DNA of 64,000 bases from Patescibacteria group bacterium (GTDB lineage Bacteria > Patescibacteriota > Patescibacteriia > Patescibacteriales > UBA12465). Each line of letters opens with the position of its first letter. Position 1 is the first letter of the stretch. The DNA is taken from positions 69,869 through 133,868 of the forward strand of contig JBAZNJ010000001.1 of assembly GCA_041649315.1 (NCBI GenBank). The letters are read 5' to 3'. Shown one piece after another: positions 18,503 to 26,189 of this stretch. A program made the position numbers and the translations under genes. Under the pieces are notes generated by a model, which saw only the letters and a program-made list of their open reading frames with translations, was not told the origin of the DNA and searched no databases.

Positions 18503-19147
18503 TTAAATTTCACCATCTGCTAATTTTTCTAACCAGGTCTTTCTTTTGAAAAAAGACTCTGCATCTTTTACGACGGCACCTTTTTCTGCGGCTGTCTTTA
18601 CTTTAGTAAATACTTTTTTCCCAACTGCCTCAGTTTTAACAGCAATAGTGTCAATCGCGCCGGAAGCGGCAAAAAATTCTTTTATTTGGTAGTTCTCCAT
18701 TTTAGCCAACATGGCTAAAATATACGCTCCTTCAACATTGGTTTTGGCCGATCCTCTAGTGGGAATAGATGATTTACCGCTATCTCCCTTCTTCTCTGTT
18801 CCGCCATCCTTTTTATCGCTTTTAGAAGAAGTCGTTTTAGCTGAAACATTGGTATTCTCCTCATTATTACCAATAATCCTCACGATTCGGTCTCGTTGTG
18901 ATGGCTTATAACTATTAATGATTCTACAAATCCGATAAATGTTTTGGGCACTTACGCCTAAATTACTAACCGCATAAGCGGCGGCTGATTGGAATAAATG
19001 GTTATCGTTTGTGCCAAAACCAAACATTTTTGATTTGATAAAACCTTCGCCATGTTTTTCCACGGCTTGTCCGAACGAATTCATCACTCCAACGATAAAA
19101 CCTTCAATACTCCCAGAAATAGCAGCATTCTTAAATAATGTACTCAT
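18503..19147 (-). CDS. hypothetical protein with central Ser/Lys/Gly-rich linker
   Basis: A 214-aa ORF with a strong SD (AGGAGG) upstream. It ends 24 nt upstream of the next gene's start, which suggests co-transcription. Confidence 0.5.
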   Translation of the reverse strand: MSTLFKNAAISGSIEGFIVGVMNSFGQAVEKHGEGFIKSKMFGFGTNDNHLFQSAAAYAVSNLGVSAQNIYRICRIINSYKPSQRDRIVRIIGNNEENTNVSAKTTSSKSDKKDGGTEKKGDSGKSSIPTRGSAKTNVEGAYILAMLAKMENYQIKEFFAASGAIDTIAVKTEAVGKKVFTKVKTAAEKGAVVKDAESFFKRKTWLEKLADGEI

Positions 19148-19381
19148 GATAAAACCTCCTATTATTTTAGTTATTAATTATTTTTTGTTAAAGAGCAATT
19201 TTTGCCAAGGCATCCATTACTCATGATATTCCGACTATTATATCACTTTTAAAGATTTTTGTCAATTAAAAAAAATTAAATTAGCTAAAATTAGATAAAA
19301 ATCATAAAAACTATTGAAAAAATTAAAAATAAAGATTAAAATAATAAGATTTTTGAACTTTAATAATTTGGAGAATTAATC

Positions 19382-20380
19382 ATGGAAAAAAACAAAAAAA
19401 TTACTAGATGGTTTTACTTAATCATTTTATTCTGCTTGATAATAACGACAGCTATTATCTTCTTAGTATTTAAATTCCCGTGGATCTTTGTTGCCTCTCC
19501 GATCATTTTTATACTTGTCGTTATAGCGACCAAAAATATTGGCCGAATCATCGTGCTTGAGAACGAGGAGTGCTTAGTGAAAATTTTTGGCATTTATATT
19601 GGTCATCCCTTGAGGCCGGGCAAATATTTCTTATTCCCCTACTTCGGTATTGTTGCGTATCATAAGATTAAAATGGATCAACAAAAAATAACCATTAAAT
19701 TTAAAGTCAAATTTTATGATTGTACAGCAAATTTATCGGCTGATTTATATTTCGCAGTGGAAAACTCCGCGAAGTTTTACTACGAATCTGGCGCAACAAA
19801 TTTAATAAGACAACAGAGTGAAAATTTGGTAGATGTATTTTCTCGTTATTTTTTCTGGGGGATTTACTTAAAGTTGGCGGCAAAAATGGCGCCAATTTAT
19901 TCATTGGAATTCCTAACAACTGCAAAATATTCCACCGTCATCTCTCCCTATGCCAAATTAATGGTCAATTACGACCACGGAAAAACATTTCCTCAAAATT
20001 ATCGACAACTTAGGGAAATAATAACCGACCTGCCGGCGGAGAAAGATCTTCATCATCTCTATAAAAGTAGCTTTTTCTATTATACCCTAAAAAATATCGG
20101 TGTCCGTCCGCTTAAAATAAAAATCTACGGATTTGAAGAAGCAATAAAACAACAGGAGCAAGAGATAGAACAGGAGAAACAGCGAGAAGAAAGAAAAAAA
20201 CGGGAAGCCTACAAGCAAGAAAAAATAGCGGAAGCTACAGCTAGTAGCCAAGACATTTGCGAAAATTGTCTCACAATTAACCCTATACGTTGTAAGTATT
20301 GTAAGCGATGCCTTAAGTGCTATGGAAACTATAGTGGAGAATGTGATGATTGTTATTTTGACAGTTCTGATGATGATTAA
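19382..20380 (+). CDS. SPFH/band-7-like membrane protein with coiled coil and C-terminal Cys-rich zinc-ribbon-like tail
   Basis: Two N-terminal TM helices, then an SPFH-like IIVLENEECLVKIFGIYIGHPLRPGKYFLFPYFGIVAYHKI. The coiled coil is QQEQEIEQEKQREERKKREAYKQEK. The tail is CENC..CKYCKRCLKC..CDDC. Confidence 0.5.
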   Translation: MEKNKKITRWFYLIILFCLIITTAIIFLVFKFPWIFVASPIIFILVVIATKNIGRIIVLENEECLVKIFGIYIGHPLRPGKYFLFPYFGIVAYHKIKMDQQKITIKFKVKFYDCTANLSADLYFAVENSAKFYYESGATNLIRQQSENLVDVFSRYFFWGIYLKLAAKMAPIYSLEFLTTAKYSTVISPYAKLMVNYDHGKTFPQNYRQLREIITDLPAEKDLHHLYKSSFFYYTLKNIGVRPLKIKIYGFEEAIKQQEQEIEQEKQREERKKREAYKQEKIAEATASSQDICENCLTINPIRCKYCKRCLKCYGNYSGECDDCYFDSSDDD

Positions 20381-20471
20381 AAATGATAGTTAATATAGGC
20401 TGGGAATCTAAACCCCAGCTTTTTTATTATTCACAAAAACAAAAAACAACCCCATTAGGGGTCGTCTTTCT

Positions 20472-20494
20472 CTGAGCCGTTGACCGGGATTGAA
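20472..20494. repeat. att copy A: displaced 3' end of tRNA-Thr(GGU)
   Basis: ctgagccgttgaccgggattgaa is identical to 31114-31136. A terminator hairpin lies immediately to its left (20440-20471). Confidence 0.85.
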
Positions 20495-20666
20495 GCACCG
20501 GACGGAAAATTAAGAAATGAAATAAAATTAGCAAGGATTAACTAAGATCAGTATAAATCCAGTTTCTCATCCTTCATCAATCTTAGACTACTTTACATAA
20601 ATTCCTCATCTCTTGGACACAATATGGCCAGGGCTATATAGGGACGAAGCGAACTAACGCGCTCTG

Positions 20667-20768
20667 TTGACTTTTTTTATATATATGCTATATTATACAC
20701 ATACCTGCCCGAGGTTAATTCGGGATAACTCTCCACAAAAACCTGACTCTGTCAGGTTTTTGTTTTTT
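20667..20768 (+). ncRNA. candidate small RNA (promoter + two hairpins + terminator), antisense to the 3' end of the NYN gene
   Basis: TTGACT (20667-20672), a 16-18 nt spacer, then TATATT/TATTAT (20689-20696). A hairpin cccgag/ttcggg follows. The terminator stem is acctgac/gtcaggt (20741-20757) followed by TTTTTGTTTTTT. Confidence 0.25.
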
Positions 20769-21420
20769 CTATCTTTGCTATATACTTCTTTATGTTCTGA
20801 GCGTTAACAACTAAATTCGCAGATTCTCTTAATTTGGTAGTAATATATCCTCCTTTTATAATAATTACCTTCTTACCCTTTTTTCGTAAAAAATTGTTTA
20901 AATAAACAAAATCCGCATCCCCGGAAAATATACAAAATGTATCATAATGATCCAACATTTTTATAGCATCGACTGAAATTTCCACGTCAAAATTACATTT
21001 TCTAATTTCTACATAATTTTGACCATCGCCATCAGTTAAAACATATTTTAAAATTTCCGCTTCATTTAGTTTGATATAGTGTTTAATTTTTTGTAAATCT
21101 TTTGTCACCACATTTCTTTTTCCAAATATTTTTCTCAGCACATAAGTAAAACTTAGAGACCCTGTGCTTTTATGATCTTCTCCATAATATACTCTAGCCC
21201 GTTCGCTAAAAAGATTGACGAATGTTTTTAACTTCTGAAGATCTATCATTATTTTTTCATCATCGGCAATTAACTTATTATTCCAATCCTGATCATCATT
21301 TTCAAACCACTTATTTACATTAGAAAAATCTATAAAAGAAAAAATTCTTCCATGTTCTGATGTAATTTCCAGTTCTCCGCAAACGAATTGTTTTTTTAAT
21401 TCTGGTAAATCCATAATCAA
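20752..21420 (-). CDS. NYN-domain (LabA/DUF88-like, PIN-fold) protein
   Basis: FSFIDFSNV near the N-terminus and DVEISVDAIKMLDHYDTFCIFSGDADFVYLNNFLRKKGKKVIII match the NYN/LabA acidic-residue pattern. Confidence 0.6.
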   Translation of the reverse strand: MIMDLPELKKQFVCGELEITSEHGRIFSFIDFSNVNKWFENDDQDWNNKLIADDEKIMIDLQKLKTFVNLFSERARVYYGEDHKSTGSLSFTYVLRKIFGKRNVVTKDLQKIKHYIKLNEAEILKYVLTDGDGQNYVEIRKCNFDVEISVDAIKMLDHYDTFCIFSGDADFVYLNNFLRKKGKKVIIIKGGYITTKLRESANLVVNAQNIKKYIAKIEKTKT

Positions 21421-21488
21421 ATTATATCATCTTGATTTTAATAATCAAAATACCAAAAAAACAACCCCCTAAGGGGTCGTCTTTCTCG

Positions 21489-21512
21489 GAGCCGTTGACC
21501 GGGATTGAACCG
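21489..21512. repeat. att copy B: displaced 3' end of tRNA-Thr(GGU)
   Basis: gagccgttgaccgggattgaaccg is identical to 31116-31139. A terminator hairpin lies to its left (21455-21488) and is homologous to the one beside copy A. Confidence 0.85.
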
Positions 21513-21702
21513 ATGCCGGCCAATTTTAGGAAAGTAAATAAATAAAAGGAAAAATTGATTTCAACCGATGAACAAAGGATTTCTCTGTTTCTCAATCATT
21601 AACAAACTTAGACTACTTCACATAAATTCTTCACCTCTTGGACACAATATGGCCACAATGTGGCCAGGACTATATAGGGGGAGGTGAAAAAGTTAAATAG
21701 AA

Positions 21703-21897
21703 CTACTTACTTTCGTTATCAACTTGTTCTTTTAATTTTCTTATGCTGGCGCTACTCTCATTAAATTTCTCGATTACCTCCTGCGCTACTCTCTGCGGTG
21801 TTCCCTGCGATGCATGATCGTCACAATGTTTGCCGTTATCTCTGACGACAGCAGGCGATATGTTACTAATTAACTGTGAAAATAAAGAAGACATCAT
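21703..21897 (-). CDS. 64-aa hypothetical protein (last gene of island operon)
   Basis: The ORF starts 15 nt after the protease-like gene ends. No recognisable motif. Confidence 0.4.
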   Translation of the reverse strand: MMSSLFSQLISNISPAVVRDNGKHCDDHASQGTPQRVAQEVIEKFNESSASIRKLKEQVDNESK

Positions 21898-21912
21898 ATA
21901 TTTCTATTATTT

Positions 21913-22902
21913 CTATAAAAATTTAATTACTTTTCTTTTTACGTTGCCTATATTGGCTTTAAAATGATCCCATAGTTCTATCGGTAAGCCAGCACTTTCG
22001 GCGTTATCAACCTTAAAAAACCAATCTCTCAATTCTTCTCTTCGAATAGCAAATCCGTGATCTGGATATTCCCAAACAAGTTTTTTAATCACCATATCAG
22101 CTATTTTTTCTCTTAGACTATCCTTCTTAACATATTTTAGCATGTTCTTTGATAATAACTCCTTGCCATACATTTGGGCGATGGATAAAAGCCTTAAAGC
22201 TGTATTATATATTTTTACATCTTGTTTTGCTATCATCGGCGATATTAAATTAGCTACAAATTTTCCGGCAATATCCAAACATTTTTCAGATGAAATCCTA
22301 TATTCTTCTATCAATTGCGTTGCTAATATTTTTTGTTTATCTATCGCCGTGCTTATAATTGTATCTAAAGATTTAGCTATATCTAACGCTGATATTGTAA
22401 CCATCTCATCGTCAGGATGTTTCATCGGCTTATCGAGTGGCCCCAACTCAGATATACAAGACATTATAAGTTTATCCGCAGCCAAACACATCATTGTCCC
22501 AGAACTTTTAGCTTCCTGCGCAATAGCAATTTCAATCGTTTCATATTTTTCTCTAAGCATATCCATAATTTTAACAGCCGAATATACATTGCCGCCCGGG
22601 GTATCTAAATAAATCAAAAGCGATTTTTTAAATTCCGTTTTATTTTTTAAAATCTCGTATATTTTTATTTCATCATCTTGATTTATAGAATAGTGAAAAT
22701 TTCCGATCTCGTCTTTAGAATATAACATCAATAAAACATCTTTATCCTTTTTGAAATCATCTAATGTCACCTGACCTATGCCTTCGCTGGGCAGATCATC
22801 TTTCTTCTGAGCCGGCGCTGGGGCAACTCTTAAAGCCACTCCCGGAGATATATCTACTGGCTTTGTATCTGTTGGTTTCGCGGATGTTATGTTTTCCCCC
22901 AT
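21913..22902 (-). CDS. SDH-family / ClpP-fold (S49-like) serine protease-like protein
   Basis: LIYLDTPGGNVYSAVKIMDML ... IAIAQEAKSSGTMMCLAADKLIMSCISELGPLDKPM matches the pattern xTPGG ... AxSxGTxxxLxADxIxM ... LGPxDP of Clp-fold serine proteinases. The N-terminal ~45 aa are low-complexity. Confidence 0.6.
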   Translation of the reverse strand: MGENITSAKPTDTKPVDISPGVALRVAPAPAQKKDDLPSEGIGQVTLDDFKKDKDVLLMLYSKDEIGNFHYSINQDDEIKIYEILKNKTEFKKSLLIYLDTPGGNVYSAVKIMDMLREKYETIEIAIAQEAKSSGTMMCLAADKLIMSCISELGPLDKPMKHPDDEMVTISALDIAKSLDTIISTAIDKQKILATQLIEEYRISSEKCLDIAGKFVANLISPMIAKQDVKIYNTALRLLSIAQMYGKELLSKNMLKYVKKDSLREKIADMVIKKLVWEYPDHGFAIRREELRDWFFKVDNAESAGLPIELWDHFKANIGNVKRKVIKFL

Positions 22903-23007
22903 ATTTCAAATCATTAGTATCTTTGATGATTTAAATCTACCATATTTTCCAATCAATATCAAGGATAATTGTAAAAAGGTAAAACTATACAAAATATTTA
23001 ATTTCTC

Positions 23008-23376
23008 TTATTTTATATGGATATTTCTCGGTCTAATTTTCCTTAACATACAACCAGCCAACCAATAAGAGAATAAGGATATAAACTCAAACCAAAAATT
23101 AAAAATTATTTCCCAACCATAAACCATAATCAAAATGGCAACAATGCTGAAATAAATCAAATTATAAATCAAACTCCCAATTCCTCTCTCCCAAAATTTT
23201 ATAACAAAAAATAATAAAACAAAAAAGATTACATATATTTTTGATGTTAGCCAGGTATCTGCTACCGCTTGCCCAAAAGCTGATGCGGCGATTTTTTCAG
23301 CCTCGCTAATCGTTTTATGAATAAAATCCCAACTACTAAATGTATTAAGTGCTTGAGCTAAATCTTTATCCGGCAT
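23008..23376 (-). CDS. small 3-TM membrane protein, hypothetical
   Basis: A 122-aa ORF. Its start lies 1 nt after the upstream gene's stop. It has three hydrophobic helices. Confidence 0.5.
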   Translation of the reverse strand: MPDKDLAQALNTFSSWDFIHKTISEAEKIAASAFGQAVADTWLTSKIYVIFFVLLFFVIKFWERGIGSLIYNLIYFSIVAILIMVYGWEIIFNFWFEFISLFSYWLAGCMLRKIRPRNIHIK

Positions 23377-23377
23377 A

Positions 23378-24412
23378 TCATTTTAAGCGCGTTACCACGC
23401 GAGAAAATTTATAATCTGATACAGTTTTAGTATCTTTAACAAAATTAAGATGCGTCTTAATTACATAATTTAGGTTATCCATACATTTAACTGCGGCCTT
23501 CTTATATTTATCCATTTCAGCCAAATCATTTTTTGGGTGAACCAACTCATTCGCTAAATCCGCAATGTCAGTCAATTTTTTTTCTGCTGTTTTATTTATG
23601 AGTAGTTTTTTAAATAAATTTTTATTTCGACAAGATTTTACCAAGGCATAAATTCCTTTTGACATTGGCTTGCCGCCTGCCCCACTTTTTCCTTCTTTTT
23701 TATAAATTTCAAATACGCTTCCTTTATTGATAAGTATATTTACCAGCGCTTGCTCCGCGGCTATCCGGCACATAACAATAGACGGGTAAAAATCACCCAA
23801 GATATAGAATTCTTGAGCTTTTATAAATAAATCAAAATAATTACCATCATAAACCATAACTCCGCGATATCTTTGAGTTGTTGTAATGTATCTTGACCAC
23901 ATAGCTGGCAACTCTTTTTTTAAACCATTTTGCCATTGTTGCATAAATTCGCCTTTTTCCTGCCTACGCATTTTTAATGGTAAATACCCACCGCCCCTAA
24001 CTTTAAAAGTCCTGCGGACTTGAAATTTCTCATCAAGATCTTTGCGTTCTTTGAAATTAGTCTTTAAAAGCCACCAGCTGCTATTAAATCTGACAACTAA
24101 AATAGTCGCATTGCGCTTACTAATTTTCTTACTTTTCCAGCCAATATCCTTTATATCTTTTATGTCCAAGCTAATTTTCTTTCCCGTGTCATTTGGGTTT
24201 GATTTTTTTTCTTTGAACTCAATCATGATTTCGAAATCATCATCAAGATAAATATTCGAACTATTATTATCTAATATTTCTATGAGCGCCGATGAAAAAA
24301 GAGATGTATTTCTTTTCTTAAGTTCTGGGTCTATAAATTCCTCTTTTACTTTATTTATAAATTGACCAAAACTTTCGCTGTTTACTACATTTTGGTTAGG
24401 TATTATTAACAT
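23378..24412 (-). CDS. hypothetical protein with DUF4145/HEPN-like C-terminal helical domain
   Basis: The C-terminal region reads FYPSIVMCRIAAEQALVNIL ... LTDIADLANELVHPKN ... AAVKCMDNLNYVIK. This resembles the DUF4145 pattern (helix with R..lE, later l..lGN...H). N and H are present, but R and G are replaced by A. This is a by-eye call. Confidence 0.35.
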   Translation of the reverse strand: MLIIPNQNVVNSESFGQFINKVKEEFIDPELKKRNTSLFSSALIEILDNNSSNIYLDDDFEIMIEFKEKKSNPNDTGKKISLDIKDIKDIGWKSKKISKRNATILVVRFNSSWWLLKTNFKERKDLDEKFQVRRTFKVRGGGYLPLKMRRQEKGEFMQQWQNGLKKELPAMWSRYITTTQRYRGVMVYDGNYFDLFIKAQEFYILGDFYPSIVMCRIAAEQALVNILINKGSVFEIYKKEGKSGAGGKPMSKGIYALVKSCRNKNLFKKLLINKTAEKKLTDIADLANELVHPKNDLAEMDKYKKAAVKCMDNLNYVIKTHLNFVKDTKTVSDYKFSRVVTRLK

Positions 24413-24422
24413 AAATTGTAAT

Positions 24423-26186
24423 TTATTTTCGCTTTAATTTTTCCCTCCAAAAATCATTATATACTTTATCTAAAAATTTATTGCTGGGTTGATTACCATT
24501 AATTCTTGTCACATAGGACACAAACCCTTGGCTCTTGTCATTTTTAATATTATTAAAAATATCTTCAATTTCAATTTTATCTTTGACAACCTCGTATACT
24601 TCCAACTCATCGATATTTAAAAGATGATAATCAAAATCTTTTAAGCCGATTAAATCTGTATTCTTCTCTTCCATTTTTGACAACAAATTTGCAACTTTTT
24701 CTTTATAAATTGCGGACGAAGCGAGCGGTATTTCTAAAAAGACAATCACCGGAATAAAAGTTTTCCCTCTTAAATTTTTAAGTTCTTCATATTGATCAAT
24801 ATCTTTTATAGTCTTAAACATTTCTACCACAGAAGCAGCAATTTTTTTTAATTCATTATTAACTATTGCTTCAAGATCACCCGTCTGCCTACTTAACAAC
24901 GCGAACTGGTATGCCTTGGCTTCAAATAAATAACATTTATTTTCTTTTATAATATACCAATCTGTGAACATATTGCTCCCCCTTGAGTAAGAAAATTCCG
25001 AATTAACATTTGCTAAACCATAAATATCTTTTAATATTAATCCAACATATTGCTCAAAAATTTTTCCAAAATATGTCCGATAATGTAAATGCATTTTTTT
25101 ATCTCTGCCCGTTGTTTCAAAATAATTATGAAACCACCAAAAAATTCCACTATAAATTTTAAACATGTAGGTAGACACGTTGGGCATTATATAGGCATCC
25201 TGTGAATTTATATTTTCCTTTACTAACGGAAAAATGAATAATGGATTAAATCTATTTTTTGTATAAACCGAGCTCAAGTCATCATTCAGTTCTTTATCTA
25301 AATCTTTAAACTTTTTATAATCTGCGGCAACAATCTCTAAAAAACTATTAACTTTTTCCTCTGTGTAAATATTTTCAAATTCTGGTATCTTTGCGGTAGC
25401 TAAATAGGAAGATGAAAATATAATACGATCTTTCACCCCAGCAAGAAAACCAAAACCAATCTGTAAATATTCCTCCATCGTAATTTTATTTTCCTTAAAA
25501 AATATGTCTGAAAGCTTTTCAAACTTATCTGGAATTATTTTACCGGCCAAATCGAAGAAGAAAACAATGTTTCTGGACATTAGACATAACTGATTAAACT
25601 GAAAACTGCTCATCTGCTCATACCACATTCTAACCATAAACGAGAGAAAATCATCATTATCAAATTTTTTCATTCCCTCATTAATCTTCACTAAATCTGG
25701 GCTGATTAATTTATTATTATAAATATTGCATAACACAAACAAGGAATATGGGTTATCTTTAAAATTATCACCACTGTCATCGCTTGCGCCAGACAATATT
25801 AGCATATTAGCTATGTAAGCTAACGAAAATTGAGAAATAAGAATATCTGTATTTTCTTCGCGATATCCAATTCTTCCCAATCCTTCAGTATTTCCTTGAA
25901 ATACATATCGAGAAATATCTCCTATTAATATTAAATTATCCCTTAAACTATACCTTTTTAAAACTGATTTAAAATCCTGTTCAGTAACTTCGCCTTCTCC
26001 TTTGACAGACAGGAGCCTGCCGATATCATCATCAATCGGATGCTTAATTCCTTTTTTATCTGTTATAGCTATTTTAGGGATTAATAATCTCCCTATACCC
26101 AAGACATCTTTATTCATACAGCATTTTTTATATTTTTTACCGCTACCACAATGGCACGGCTTATTGACCAAATTACCAATCCCCAT
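24423..26186 (-). CDS. SEC-C motif protein with PD-(D/E)xK nuclease-like C-terminal region
   Basis: The N-terminal CHCGSGKKYKKCC is the SEC-C metal-binding motif. Later, FGKIFEQYVG ... FTDWYIIKENKCYLFEAKAY fits the E ... D ... ExK restriction-endonuclease-fold pattern. Confidence 0.5.
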   Translation of the reverse strand: MGIGNLVNKPCHCGSGKKYKKCCMNKDVLGIGRLLIPKIAITDKKGIKHPIDDDIGRLLSVKGEGEVTEQDFKSVLKRYSLRDNLILIGDISRYVFQGNTEGLGRIGYREENTDILISQFSLAYIANMLILSGASDDSGDNFKDNPYSLFVLCNIYNNKLISPDLVKINEGMKKFDNDDFLSFMVRMWYEQMSSFQFNQLCLMSRNIVFFFDLAGKIIPDKFEKLSDIFFKENKITMEEYLQIGFGFLAGVKDRIIFSSSYLATAKIPEFENIYTEEKVNSFLEIVAADYKKFKDLDKELNDDLSSVYTKNRFNPLFIFPLVKENINSQDAYIMPNVSTYMFKIYSGIFWWFHNYFETTGRDKKMHLHYRTYFGKIFEQYVGLILKDIYGLANVNSEFSYSRGSNMFTDWYIIKENKCYLFEAKAYQFALLSRQTGDLEAIVNNELKKIAASVVEMFKTIKDIDQYEELKNLRGKTFIPVIVFLEIPLASSAIYKEKVANLLSKMEEKNTDLIGLKDFDYHLLNIDELEVYEVVKDKIEIEDIFNNIKNDKSQGFVSYVTRINGNQPSNKFLDKVYNDFWREKLKRK

Positions 26187-26189
26187 AGT

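Larger units (their letters stand above)
20472..21488. mobile_element. ~1 kb remnant/mini integrative element (no integrase) between att copies A and B
   Basis: It is bounded by two tRNA-Thr 3'-end copies. Its left arm (20582-20644) is homologous to the left arm of the larger island (21607-21681). Its only cargo is a NYN-domain gene. Confidence 0.6.
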
